DNA from: Chrysomallon squamiferum
Lineage: Eukaryota; Animalia; Mollusca
Assembly: GCA_012295275.1 (NCBI GenBank)
Contig: CM022667.1
Location: 11,780,001-11,844,000, forward strand
DNA: 64,000 nt
Reading direction: 5' to 3'
Numbering within the stretch: position 1 is the first letter of the stretch; each line of letters begins with the position of its first letter. This document shows, piece by piece, positions 26,113 to 41,286 of the stretch. The position numbers and the translations under genes are program-made. Below the pieces are notes generated by a model. The model was not told the DNA's origin. It worked only from the letters and a program-made list of their open reading frames with translations, and searched no databases.

Positions 26113-29094
26113 ATGGCTGATAGGTTATCTGTCGAAAGTTCACGCCAAAGGCGAACGCAATCAAATGTCGGGGTCGGCATATCAAAGTCGGGGGAGGGCC
26201 AAATGCACGGTTTGCTGGCTGAATTTAAAGGACTGTACGAAGGAAAATTGAGGCGATTAGATGACGCCGAAAGAATAGGAGAAGATACAACTAAGGTACA
26301 AACCCAATCTATAAAGAAGCATGCACAAAAACTTCTTCCTGTCGCTAGTAGATTTGTTAAAGTTACGTAACTTAATTATTTTAATAATTAATTAGCTTTT
26401 GTTAAGACTTAAGTCCCAGTGACATTTGAATGTCCGAGTATCAGAATGAGACCCATGTACGCTTTAAAATTAATACTTATTAAATGTTAATCACGCATTT
26501 CTTATGTAATAAATGATGATACTCCAAAGAAAGCTACAATTCAGTTCATGATCTAAACATGTCAGTTAGAAACTCAAACAAAAACACTCTTATTTTATTC
26601 ACCATCCAGTTGCCAAGAACACAGTTCTTTAGTGTACCTAGCAACCAAATTAACTCACTGTAATCAGTATGTACATTCTATTGAAATGTTATATTTTTGT
26701 ATGTAAACATATGTATACATTCACGTACACAACACACACACACAAACACTTATTTATATACACATATTTAGCTACCTATCTATATAAATACAGGAAAGAT
26801 AATTTATTATTTTAAAAATGACAGTTTTATTTGGCTGGTTTCAAAGAAGATTCTTCCAATTTAATAATAATCTTAATGATATCAAAATTACAAAAGTTAA
26901 AACTGTTATTGTGTAATGTTTTACTTCTGCAGACACGTATGCGCATTCTGCAGGCGTATGTAAATGACTTGAGCAAACAGAATGAAGTGCTGGTACAGAC
27001 AGTCGAAGAACTGGAAAAAGAAGCCAATGAACGAGTTGCCTTGCTTGAATCTAAATTGATCAAAACCTCGGGATGTGCCAAGGTAAGTCATGGTAGTTAT
27101 TAACACAAACTGAATGATAATGAATGATGAAATAAGTTATTAACACAAACTGAATGATAATGAATGATGAAATAAGTTATTAACACAATCTGAATGGTCA
27201 AATGATGAGCATTTATATATATACTATATATATACTGTGTAACTTGCACAACAGTTTTCATCATGTTTGCACATTTTTCTTCATTTATTTGTTTTATTGC
27301 AACCAGTTGACTAGTTTTGTTTAAAGGTCACTGAATTTCTGACACTTAGGTTTTTTCTTTTGACATTTCTAGTCTTTGATGGTCTCTGATGACCAACATT
27401 TTTTTTTTTTTTTTGTAAAGGTTTGTCAATGTAATTATAATATTAATCCCTGACACACCAAAACATTTGTTATTTATTTTAAATAAATATTCTGATAAAA
27501 TAGTTCTGTCCAGTTATTTAATTAAATTATGAATTGTATGTCTTGAAGTTGACATTGCACATGATTGATGTTAATATATCACTCTGAGGGAAATTTAAAA
27601 TACATTTAAATTGATAAAATTTAAAACATTTTCCCTGTCTACATTGTAGATACTACCATTGATCCAATACAAATGTTCAGTTATTAATTTTTTAATAAGT
27701 CTTCTAAAAGATAAAAATAAATGATTGTGCACGTGTTATTTTGATAGTTTTGTTTTGTTATATATTTCAGTTATTTATCAGTTACTGATATATTCCAGTT
27801 ATTTATTGGTCATATTGTTATATATTATCAGTTATATATTGGTTACTGTTATATATTTCAGTTATTTATTGGTTACTGTTATATATAACTAAAATACAGG
27901 TGGTTGTTTAGACATAAATATCTTAAACCTAGTATACAGATGTCATACATTATAAATGAGGTTTGTCTAATGTGATTATATATTTGTACAATCCACAAGC
28001 ACATTGGATTGTGTTTTATTCTTAGCAGTAAGAAAGTCACAATGAATATACAAATAACAAAATTGACCGATGATCTTCACAACCATTTTCCTCTGGACCA
28101 AAATGGAAATAAATGATTTCACACTTTCTTGTGCTTTACATCGTGGTAATCTAATGGGTTTAAATTTTTTAATATTACTAGATATTTACATTATAACACA
28201 AAGTTAAATTAAAAAAATAAAAAAAAAAAAAGAAAGAAAGAAAATAAAGCATACATTGGCAGCTTGGAAATTGTTTTGTGTGAGAATATACAAATAAAAA
28301 CAGTATGTTGCACCAAACAGTGACAACAGAATTAACAGTAACAAAAACCTCAGAATAATAAAAAAAAAACTGCGAAATGAAATAACAACAACATTACATT
28401 TGTGTCGTAAGCCAATCTGTCTCTGAAAAACTGGTGTCATATTGACATGTGTTGATATAATATGCTCTGTGCTTGTCTCATCTTGTTAGTTACTAATCAC
28501 ATTCCCGAAACCTAACTTAAACTGTTTTCCAAATAATTTATATGATTACTAATTTCAGTTAAAATTAAACTAAAACTCCAAATCTTATGTTTAGGCATAA
28601 AGTATGTATTATCTTGTGTAAGAGAGGAGACAGAAAGGTAAATCAATGGGGTCTGATTTTAAATAACTTTCACAGAAATCAGATGTGTCTAGCTCTTTTT
28701 ATTTTATGTTCTTTGTGTAAACTACTGCTTGTTAGTGTAATGGAATAGTATTTTTGGGGTGAAATGTACAGCTGAATAAAACTAAGCCAAACACTGTCAC
28801 ATAATTAAAAACAGGAAAATAAGAAAAGAATGACAACCCTAATTAAACTGCCAAGACATTAACAGGTGTGTTTTTCTACAAACAGCTTTAATGTAATTTA
28901 CTTTCCATAAAGACAGCAGTTCTCATTATCAGTTAAATGGAAAACAAAAAATAAAATTTTAATAAATCTTTAATCTGAACAGAAAAAAAACGTTTTGTTA
29001 TTTTGACACATTAATGAAAATGGACATTACAGTTTTTATTTCAAATTCCATTATGCTATCCATATTAATGGAAAAAATCTATTATAAAACAGTT

Positions 29095-29161
<67 letters not shown>

Positions 29162-31892
29162 TGTTTGTGTGTGTGTGTTGTACCCCAAAAACATTATTAA
29201 ATATGCTCAAAACTAATTTCACCTTGATAAAACTAATGCATATTAATAAGAGCACACTAGTTTTTGTGAAAGTGTCAGTGGTATTTCACGTTTATGTTGT
29301 TATATATATACAAACATATTAGTTCATTACTAATACAGGATCTTTCAGTCACTTGTCACATTTCTTTCCTGTTTTTGTCTTGTTTTCCTTACAGCTATTG
29401 CTTTGAAGTTTTTTTTTTTTTTACTGTGAGGTCAGGTTTAATTAACCAGTATATAAACATAGCACACAGGAACTGTGTACAGTCTCCCTTTGATGTTTTC
29501 TCCTTTTTATTTGTTATAATTTTACTCCCTGTTTTGTTTAATGTTCTGCTGATACTGTTGTTGTTGTCGTCTTTGACAGGTGTCAGACGAGTGTGACCTG
29601 TGATCAGAATATTATTTAGTTAGTTTTTGCTTTCTCTCTCCTTTCTTACCGTGTAACTTTCATTCCTTTGTTGTCCAAAACTGGACTGACCATTCACATA
29701 TTTGATTTATATTTCATATTCATTAAATAATAAATGTATTTTCTATTATTTTATATTTTCCAAAATGCGTTCCTGCTGTTTTGTTGGTATAATATATGTA
29801 CATATAATGAATATTAGTATATATGTGTACTTTATGAATATTAATATATGTATATTTATTGAATATTAAAACATGTAAACATAATGAATATTAATGCACT
29901 TTATGTATGCTTTATGAATATTAATGAATATAATATATATATATAAATATATATGCACACACACACACACACACATTTAAAAATTAATTAATACTCTGTT
30001 TTTCATATATATGCACCATTTGTTTCCCAGTGCTTCATATTTTTAATCCCAATACTTATGCTATCAAAATATATTCCCAGTATTTTCTGTATGTATAGTC
30101 TATAATGTGTGTTTTCCAGATTACATCTAATACTTGCAATACTTGTTATGTGATCTGTGTTACCAGTATTACCAATACATTACCTTCCCCAATAAACAAA
30201 TTCTGTATTACCAGTAGTTTACACTCCCCAATCCTATGTCATCAACATTACGTGTTTTCTACACCATTAACTCTAAACTTTTTTCCTGATCATGTTTCAC
30301 AATGGACCTGTATTGCTAACAATTTGTTTTCTCCAATGCATATACTCAATGTTATTATTATTTTAGATTTTCCAACATATACACTGCAGTATCTTATATT
30401 TTTTAAATAAATATACAGTATTACCAGTGCTTTACCAAAGCATTTATCTGGCAAGTTTGAAACTAGAGGTAACCCACATTTTGGGGGTTTCTGGTTTTTC
30501 TAGGACCAAGACTTGATACAAAATTGCATTTAACTAAATAGAAATTAATACACTTCTGAGGCCAATTTTCTGGTAATTCCAATCTTCTAAACTCTGGATC
30601 AGTGGTCTGTACACATGTTTTCTGTTATACTCCCCAAAACCAGTAATTAAATTACAAATATTTTATACAGTTAAATGTATGCAGCTAGTATTTTCCATTA
30701 CTTAATAGTTTTCAATGTGTAAAATGTGTATTTGCAAATGCTGTACATATACTTAAAACATTTTTACATTTACAAATATATATGTGTGTTTGTCTGTGTG
30801 TGTGTGTTCTTTATTTTGAGTTTGACACTATTTCTAGTATTTTATTTTGAGTCTAATAGTACTTCCAGTAATTCATCTTGCACTAAAAATTGTGATTGAA
30901 ATCCTGATTTGGTCCACTTCAAGTACCTCAAAACTCTATCAATATTTTCCAGGTGACTGGTTGTGTAAATGTCCTGAATATTTTATTTATGTTTTTTTAT
31001 TAAGATTTTTTTTTTTTTATATTCATTCTTTGGAGCCACAGTGGGCTGTCACTTGCAGTGTAATAAATCTGTTGAAGGTGTGCTTGTGAAACACTGCCAT
31101 TGAAAAGTGCCTTTCTGTTGCTAAATATAGCATTATCAAAGGTTAACACGGTGGGGAAATTTTGTTAAAGGATTGAATGATCTCGGCTTAGAGGGGCTAA
31201 GGAGTTGAAGAAAAGTAATTTTGTGGGGTTAAATATGATCTTTTTTTAATAGAGGAGAATGGAAATAGATAAAAAGACACAATGTTCTCCTAAATATTTA
31301 TTCATTTATTTTTTTCTTCCTGGTCCTTGTTGAGGTATTTCTCGTTCCAGCCAGTGACCCACAACTTGTGTAACAAAGGCTGTTGTATGCAGGGTCCTCT
31401 CTGTGGGATGTTGCAAGTAAAAGGTTTCTTACTGCTAAGGGAAAAGCATAGCCCATCAAGGATGAGAAGTGGGCTTTCAGAATGATCCTTAACCATGAAC
31501 CTGACGTCATTCAACAATTTAAATAAAATACACAGAGAATATCACTATAATAAAACATTTCCTCGCTTCTTTCATTAATTATTTATTGATGCTTACAGAC
31601 AAACCCTGAGCACTGAGTTTAAGAATAATGTTCTTTCTTTTTTTTTAATCTTTTTTTTTTTAAATTAAAATTTTAATTTTTTTGCTTCAGTTTTCATTTG
31701 TACCACTGTTAATATGCTAATCAGTGTTCCTGTCTCCTAGCTGGTGTATCAAAGACTTTGATGTGTTTTTCTTTTCTGTGTGTGGGAAGGTGCACATGAA
31801 AATTTCCCTTCTGCTAATCCAAAAAGAATAGCCCATAACACTGCAGCATGAGAAGATAATAAATAAATAAATAAATAAATAAATAATAAATA

Positions 31893-31947
<55 letters not shown>

Positions 31948-31994
31948 TTAATGATAATGATAATGATAATGATAATGGTAATAATCACAATAAC

Positions 31995-32028
<34 letters not shown>

Positions 32029-34160
32029 GAAAGAAGGTGAAAACATTTGGCATGTCACTGCCTAATCAGTACTTCACAGATACTGATTAATGGCATGGTT
32101 TATGAGCATGTTCTTAACAACAGCAAAAAACATATTTAGAGAGGTGTAGGTGATATGTAATATATGGGAAAATAATAGTATGTTTGACATTGTAAACAAG
32201 TTTTTTTTTTTTTTATGTCACCTACAAGTAGATAAGGTCATTATTTCTCAAAAGAAGTGTTTTTGTTATAATAAAAATAGCATTACAAATAACAAAATTC
32301 TAAAGCTCTGTCTAGTAGTTTATTCTTTTTTTTATTTTTTATTCCAAGCCATGCATTTCAGATCTTAACTGTTTTATACAATTAAGTCATAAAAATTTTG
32401 CAGCTTTCAGTTGTCTTTACAGATGGAGTGTCAGAAATGAGCCATTTATTATCAAATAGTAGAAAGTCTGCTTCATATATTGAAATAAATAAAGCTGAAG
32501 AGAATAACTATTAATTTTTTTTTTTTTTTTTTTTTTTAAAAGATGGAATTTATAGTAAATGTGATATTTTTTTATTACATTAAGGATAAAATGATTGTTA
32601 TGGTAAAAAATATCCTGACAATGTTGATTGCCGTCACAGGTGAAAATTGATTTTTTTTTTTTCCTCTAAGATTTTATGTCCTCGTGTGTTGGCGGGCCGA
32701 GTGTGAAAGCATGTCCCAACAGCCGTTTGACTTTCCCGCTTTCCAGAGATAAGAAACCCCTGAGTTAAGTCATTTATCACTTGGTTCAATGGTTCCTGCT
32801 TAATCCTCCAGCTCTCACACAATGAGCTGGCAGCCAGCCCCTCTGTGGCCATGTCGGTTCATTCATTAAGTGCAGATTGAAAAGTAAATAACGATACAGA
32901 CACTCTGCTCTTGTTGCTGCTTGAATAGCCGCCTATTAGTTGTATGTGCACTTACACGGGCAGTGGACTCTATGGTTATTGGATTAAACAGCAGTGGGTT
33001 AATCCTGGCAAATCTCCTCAGTAATTGGCCAGAATCAGAATTAACTGCACAGTCATGTAACCGGTTTGTCTTGTATTACACATAATGCAGTGGATTTTTA
33101 TTATAAAATGTATCGTGTACAATGACGGTAGTTAATATTAATGTAACCACTGATAATATATTCCTGACTTGGAAGTCCTGTTAATCGTGGATATGTCTTT
33201 TATTGTTTGTGTGTGTGTATGTGTTATAGTGAGCATCTAGTTGTTATCTTTATAAATTCTTTGGAAACAGATTTTTAAAGAAGTGTTGCCAGAAATCAGA
33301 TTATTCTGTTTTTAAAAATCATTTCTGACAGAAGGATTATCAACTACTTTGACTTATTATAAAATTCAGGGACTGGGAATAAATTTTCATTACAATAGTT
33401 TAAAAACCTGTGATATTTTTTTTACTAAACACATTAAGATCTGTTTTAAGTGCTTTTGGGAGTGATTAGATTTGTAAGTAAAGATGCTGTGAGAGTCGAG
33501 GGATTATCTGGGATTCATGGATTATATGGAAGATTATTATCATCGAACTCCTGTGAGGAGTCCACGACCCAGTCCAGCCACTAGTCCATCTCGTAGTCCA
33601 AACTTTAACAAACGTGTGACATGGAAAGAACCAATAGAACAGCTGTCATTTAGTGTAAGTAGAAATGTCAGAGGTGTGTGTGTGTGTGTGTGTTTGTGTT
33701 ATGAATCATTTTGCAATAGAAACTGCAATAAATAAATATAATAATTCATATTCTGTTTGCATATATCTGTCTCTAATTTATAAATTTTGCCATACATACA
33801 AAGGTGGACATGCATATCAATCATGTTATGTGCTCATATACAAGCATATACATGTTACCATGCACACACACACACACACACACACATATACATAAATGTG
33901 TTTAAAAATATACAAATAATTTGGCAGTCACAATCTTAATACATCTTGCTGATGATCATGTTTCTTCACATTTAATATTTATGCTTTCAAATCTTTTCAG
34001 ATTTTGTTTCTTGATTCTTATTTCTCTGAACAAATCTCCTAATCTGACCAATATTAAATTTTTGCAGTAATGAAAAATGAAATGGTAGACCTGCAATATA
34101 ATTACATTTGTCTCAGGCCTAAAAAATAAAAAAACAAAACAAATAAAAACCACAATATGT

Positions 34161-34214
<54 letters not shown>

Positions 34215-34685
34215 ATTCATATTCTGTTTGTATGTATCTGTTTCTGTTAATGACAAAAGAGAATTTAAATGCTAGTCTCAAAACATTCTTTAATAATTTT
34301 TAATAACTGTTACACCAGATTAATTATGGCTTTATAAAAATGAAACAAAATTCATTTTCTGTCAATGTCATTTTTATTTCATCATTAATTATGAAACAAG
34401 TCCATTAGCAACAACTCAACAATAAACAACATTAAAAAAAAATTAATAATAAAAAAAAATACAAATAAATATATTAAAACATATAGACAAAAAAAAAGGA
34501 ACAAATGCAAAAATTATAAAATTTAGGTGTTTTTTATTTCAACATAATAAATCATCTGATATTCATTAAAATGAAAATCATGCAAAGCAGAAACCTGAAT
34601 ATGCACTGAAAACCTGAACAGTGTCTGTCACTCTGTGATATGGAAAAAACAAAACTAAAAATCTTTACAAGTCAACATAAGTAGA

Positions 34686-34732
<47 letters not shown>

Positions 34733-37700
34733 ATGTTCATGCATGTGTGCTTACATGCATGCATGTTAATTCAGGTTATGAGAGGTGGACTATTAATTTC
34801 TAGACATTCTATACTTTCTAGTTAATTACATATACTAAAAAAAAAAAAAAAAAAAAAAATTCTCATGTATTAGAAAACTTTGTGTTTGTATTATGAAAGA
34901 ATATGATCACATTACATATATTTTATGGTTGAGTGAATCTAATACCGTGTGCATGCAAAGTTACGTAACAGTACAATAGTTTATGGCTGCATGGTAATGA
35001 ATGGCATATGACTGTGTTTTTTTTGTTAATACACAGATTAATGTTGAAGATTTAATCATTTATGGTTGTGTAATAGTTGTGCTACAGTTTGTAATTATAC
35101 AGATTAACTCTCAATATAAAAGGATTTTATCAATAAAGTTGTATAATGGTTTATGTTTTGTATAAAAGTAAATAGTTCTGTTTCTGTATTCATTGTATGG
35201 ATTAATATTGGTTAAGTTGTGTTTGTATAAAACCAGATACTTCAGCTGCAGTGTTATGTTGTATAGATACATTTTTGAGAATTATTATTTAAGTTTGTAT
35301 AAAACTAGATATTTCTGTTGCTGTATAATATTGCATACATTCATTTTGAAGGATTAATAATTTAGCTTTGTATAATAGTTTTTGATATAATGTTACACTG
35401 TAATGTGTGAATGTAAAAAATTAAATTTGAATAATTTTCTAATGAAAATATCAAAATGCTGTATATTTTTTAAGCAGTGGGAAGGTGTTTTTCACTTACT
35501 GCGAAAAAAAAATACCTTGTTGCTAATCTAAATAAATTTGATAGTCATGAATTTATTACCTGTGCAATCGTTAATCAAATATATAATGCCATGTAAATAG
35601 TAAACATAGATGAGGGTGCCATTAAAATATTTCTTTTTTTCTTTTTCTTTTTCTTTCTTAGTAAAGAAAATTTCTAGCTCCCTGCCTTTGAATAGAGACC
35701 TATGAGATGATATTTAAAAGCCCTTTCAGAGTATATGCTTATTTTATTTTTATAAATGAATATATATATTCTTGCATGTATGTTCATGTGTGAAATGTTT
35801 TTTTTTTAAACTAATGTTCTTCTTTTTGGTTTTATTTCTTATTTGTTTATTTAAATTATTTCTCTTTATTTAATTTTTTTAAAATTATTATTATTGTTAT
35901 TATTATATTCTTCTTTTTTTTTTTTTTTTTTTTTTTTGTTTAGTTTTTCCATTTCTATTTTATTTTTCATTTCATATTTTTTAATTTAATTTTATTTAAT
36001 TTCTTTTTTTTTTTCATTCTTCTTACTCCTGAAATATATATATATATTTTTTATTTTTTGTTCATTATTTTTTTTGTTCATTCTTCTTGCCTGAAATATA
36101 TGCAAACAGACCTGTAATCCATATCGTTAAATTTACTTTGTTCTAGAACTTAGTTTGCTTTGTTATCCATCCAGAGTTTGAATAGGTCTCAGACCAGACT
36201 TACCTGTGTGTACACACCCCGAGCAACTCTATGTGTTGTACTAATCCACCACTTATGAAGTGAGTAAACAGACTCTTGAGATCACTTACCTATCCTTTGT
36301 TTATCCCACTGACACTATTTTATTATTAGTTAGACACTGGGCAGGAATATCCATTATCCCCAGTTAAATCCATTGTTGCCTCTGTGACATTATTTCTGTC
36401 ATTTCTCACTGTGGTATTAACTACACGATCCTTCGTTTTGGTACGAAATTCGTCCCAACGTCATGTCTCATTAGACATTTTTTTCACGAAATTTTAATAT
36501 TTTTTGAATAAATCTTTTCAGTTTAGCATGCTGATTCCAGTCAAAGATATACAGTTTGTAATTACAGGGGCCAGTGATTCTCATTCAGAGTTGATGACTT
36601 TACTGACATGGCTGTGAGATACATTTACCAAGTTTTGTTTGGGTTTTTTTTTGGTTCTTAAGACCATAAATATTTAATATCCATAAACTTTGCGACCCTC
36701 TGTTATGAATACTAACCCCAGCATTATGAGCTTTATGTATCTTTATGCGTTTCCCCCCACCACCTCTGCTTGTTGAAAGGCAATATATTAAGAAAATTTG
36801 ATCTTTCCGAATTATGTAATGTATATTTTATAGTTAGCTGGGTTTTTGAGGGAGCCAAATGTTTGTTTTGTGGATCAGTTGTTCTTTTGAGTCAGATAAA
36901 CAGATAACAAAGAAAGAACTGATACTGTTGTTATGCAACTGTGCAAAAAAGCGGGTCCACAGCTATGGTGTGCAAAAAAAAAAAATACTTTGATGTGTAC
37001 CAAGCAGGGAATTTGTTATTATATAATTATAAAATTGGCAGAATAATATGGTTGTAAAGAATGGTTTAGCTTTGATGTATAAATCAATCATTTTGTGTCT
37101 AATTCATATTGAAAAATGTCATCATTGCGACATTGTTTTCATCAAATGAAGAGGTAATATAAAAATAATTGTAAAAAAAATAGAAAAGGAAATGAAGAAA
37201 GATGAAACTGTTTTAAATTTGTAAAGGAAAAAAATGTATCAACACAATGCTTATCATATCTCTAAAGTGAAAAAAAAAAATACTAATAAAGTATTTTGTT
37301 TGTTAAAAAGTGTCATAAAATAAATGAATGAAAAAAAAAAAAAAAAAAAGTATAATCTACTTTATAATAATGGCCCCAAGTAGGTCCTTATCTGGAATTA
37401 ACTGTCTTTAATTGTTCCATGACATTATTAGAATAATGAATAAAACAGAATGTTATTCATCTCCTTATTTAGCTCTGAGTAGACAGGAATGAAGGGATTT
37501 GATCCAAGAATTTCCAATCTGAAGAAAAAATAATTTGACCTGGGCACACAAAAACAAGTTCTGATACACCAGCTAGACCTGAGACACACAGGTCAAACAA
37601 TCTTTACTTACTTACTGCTATCAGTCCACTGAGGTAGATTCTTCTACATTATTGGAATATAAATTTGAAAATAATTGCAGTAAAAGCTTAAAGTTTGAGT

Positions 37701-38838
37701 GACTCTTACATTAGGATAGGATCATTATTTTGCAGTAAGGATTTAAAGTTTGAATCTTGCACATGTAGGTTCAGAGCCTTTGGGATTTCATTCCCACCAC
37801 AGTGGCTTAAAGTTTTAAACTACTGAGTATTAGCATACTGCTTTATCAAAGTCTCTGATGTATTTGTTGAATCAGAAGAAAAAAATAATAACAATAAAAT
37901 GGTAAAAATGAATTTTTTAAATGTCTGGTGTTGAATTTTAATTTTAAAAATCCCAAAAGAGAATAATAATGAAACTGAAACTGCAATGTTAACCTGTTAT
38001 ATTTTGAGTTATAAATAATTCCATGTTACTGTAATTCATAAAAAAAAATAATAATAATTTAAATAACATAAAAAAAAAAAAAAAAGAAAAAAAAAAAAAG
38101 ATTAAATTAAATTAAATTTAAAAAGTTAAATAAAGATAGAAATGATTTTTAAAAAGATCATTTAAAAAAAAAAATCTTTACTGAAATTGTATGTTTACAA
38201 AACTGAATTTTATTTCTTTAAGTATGAATTCACTTTGAATTCACTTTGAATGCATAATTTACATATTCTGCTTTCCTTATTGCAGAACACACATCATAAG
38301 TTCATAACTTTCCTTTTCATAAATAAAAATGTAAAAGGCACATGTATGAGAATTGTAGAGAACGAGGTTTTACTCGCATACAGACATGCAGATCAATAAA
38401 AGATCAATATGCAGCATGGAAAAAGAAGGTCATTCAGCAGTGAATAAAAACGAATAAAACTGACAGACATGTCAAGCAATAACATTTGCTTTCAGTTTGC
38501 GTCAATAAAATAAACACCTATACATGTGTAATAATGCTGTTGTTGATATTGTGTGCGAGACACAAAGATGAATGGATGAATGTTTAACAAAAAACCTAAA
38601 CATTTTATGAGTATTATTCAACATGGCTTTGTCGTAATACTGAAAAAAGAAACTTGCAGCTGTCACAGGAAGTTACTACTGATTGGCAGCAAGCAATCTT
38701 TTTATGTTCATGTATTAAAAGACCACAGATTTTTGTGTGGAAAGTGTAGCATCCCCATGTCCAGAATATATTTAGTTATAAATATACACACAAAATAGAT
38801 ATTAAAATTATCTTTACTAAACAGTAATATATTATTTA

Positions 38839-38919
<81 letters not shown>

Positions 38920-39142
38920 ATAAATATAAAATCTTTAATGGATCCTTAATATTTGATATTACTGTTTTGTTTATTTAGTTGATTTATAAATGTTTTTGTA
39001 GTTTAATTTTGATATTATTAATTTTTAAAATACCTTTTTAAACAAATATTATTGGTAGATATTTGAATGTAAATTTCTGATTAATATCAGATCAAAATAG
39101 GGTATAGAAGAAAACAATTACCCATCTCACTTTAATGGTTCA

Positions 39143-39173
<31 letters not shown>

Positions 39174-41254
39174 TAATTATTAATATTTTTTTAGAACATT
39201 TAAAGATTCTAAATCAGTCAATTATATTGCTTGTGTGTGTTTTTAATTCACGTATTCTGAATCCAGACATAGCCATTGTATGACTTACATGACTATATTC
39301 CTCTGATGTAAAGAAATACACTGAAAGTGTGCATACAGCTGTAAAATCAAACTTTCATTAAGTGTCTGTACATTATGCAAAGAACTGTTATTTCATACAA
39401 AAATATTTTTCATGGCAGTCTCCTTCCATGCGTGAATGAAATCTGAAATAGAAGCATAACAGAAAAGATTATGTAAGGAAGATTAATGAAGTGGTTGTGT
39501 AAAATGGATAAATATTTGTTATCTCGAGTGGGTGAGGTCAAAGGTTATGTGTGTGTGACAAGCAAGACTGAATACTCTCAGATTGTAGCAAATCACTATT
39601 TGAACATTTCTTTTTTGTTTGTTGTTGAATTATTCTGATAAACAGAGATGACCTGACATGATATTATTTTAAAAGAGTAGTTTTGTGGATTTGATACTGA
39701 CAGGTTGTGAGTTCAAATCCCACAGTTTGCTTTTATTAGAATGTGATAAAACATCAACACATTTTAATTTATTTATTTGTTTTTCTTTTTAAAATTTATA
39801 TATATATATATATATATATTTTTTATTTTAATTTTTTTTTTGAAATTTCTTTTTTTCTTTCTTTATGTATTTATTTATTTATTTAGTTAGTTAGTTAAAA
39901 TTAATTTTTAAATAACTTTAATTTTATGTTTAACTGATTTCAGGAATACACCTCAAAAGTGCGAGACATGGAGAGAGAGTTACGTAATGTGACTATTGAG
40001 AAAACTCGAGCTGAAGCAACTCTAGAGGTAAAGAATATACCACACTTGACTGAGTAACAATCAGATTTAATATCCCATTCCAGACAGTGCTCCAAACACT
40101 GTGCTTTATTTTACAACCTTTGGGAAGGTGCAAAAGAAAAACTTGTTAGTTGTTAATCTCCAAGAATGGCTAAAACAGGTGTCCTCTATTGTAATGCTAC
40201 AGTGCATGATATTTAATATTTAAATTAAAACAGGTTTACTGAGCAAACATAGCTTCAGTGCTGTAATCCAACATGTCTGAACTGGAAAATTAGTCCTTTT
40301 TGTTTCTTTTTTTTTTTTATTATTAATCAAATAATTTGTTTTTCTTCAAAACACTTTAAACAGTGTAAACTGGTTAGAATTTTTCTCTTTTTATGTAACT
40401 GATATGTGATTAATAATGCATTTAAATATTATTTTGACTGGTTTAATTTTCTAGGAAATGAAATACTCACTAACACACCTAGGTGAACCCATACCACAAT
40501 AAAAAGTGAAAACAGATAATCATAAATTTTTATTTTTTTTTCTTTCTTCAGAACGGTTTAAATGTAGAAATTTTTCTTCTTCGTTGTAACTTACGTGAAG
40601 CAAGTTAGACATTATTTTTTTTATTAAAAAGAATTTTTTTTAATTTTTTTTTAAAATTTTTTAAGGATATGAAGTCTAGACTAACTCGCCAGGATGAGCT
40701 GATCTCACAACAAAGGGTGGAAATAGACAACCTGAATCACGATGTCGATCAGCTGATTTCAGTCATCCAAACAGCCAGGTCCTCAGGCAAATGGAAGGTG
40801 AAAAACTGATAAAAAAAAAATTAAACTTGTTTTTAATACAGTTTGTATTTCAATGATAAAAAAAGTTGAAAAATATGTTTTAACGATAGTTGTTATGTTG
40901 GTGAAAGGATGTCTGTGCATCGTTTTGTGTGTGCAAGTGTATATGTATAAACGTGTATACATGCATACACATGTGTGTTTAGGTATGTGTAGGTGTGTTG
41001 TGCAGGTCTGTATGGATGTAGGTAGGTTTGTGTATATGTCTGAAATTTTAATGTTCTTTTTAGGAAATTAAAACATTTTCACCATAAAAATCCACATATC
41101 TTTTCATCATTTAATGCATTTATGCTTCTATTTATTTTTTAATGAAATAAATTTAAAATATTTATTACTCTATGGTGCCATCACAAAAAGCTGATTGACA
41201 CTTAATAACCATTAAATCTTTCTACACTTTAAAGCAATCAATTTGAATTAACAC

Positions 41255-41286
<32 letters not shown>

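Noticed and set aside
32634-32852. 72-aa minus-strand ORF as a nested gene
   Set aside because: No motif or splice support, and it ends in a poly-T-derived lysine run. It is better explained as promoter/UTR sequence of the internal first exon.
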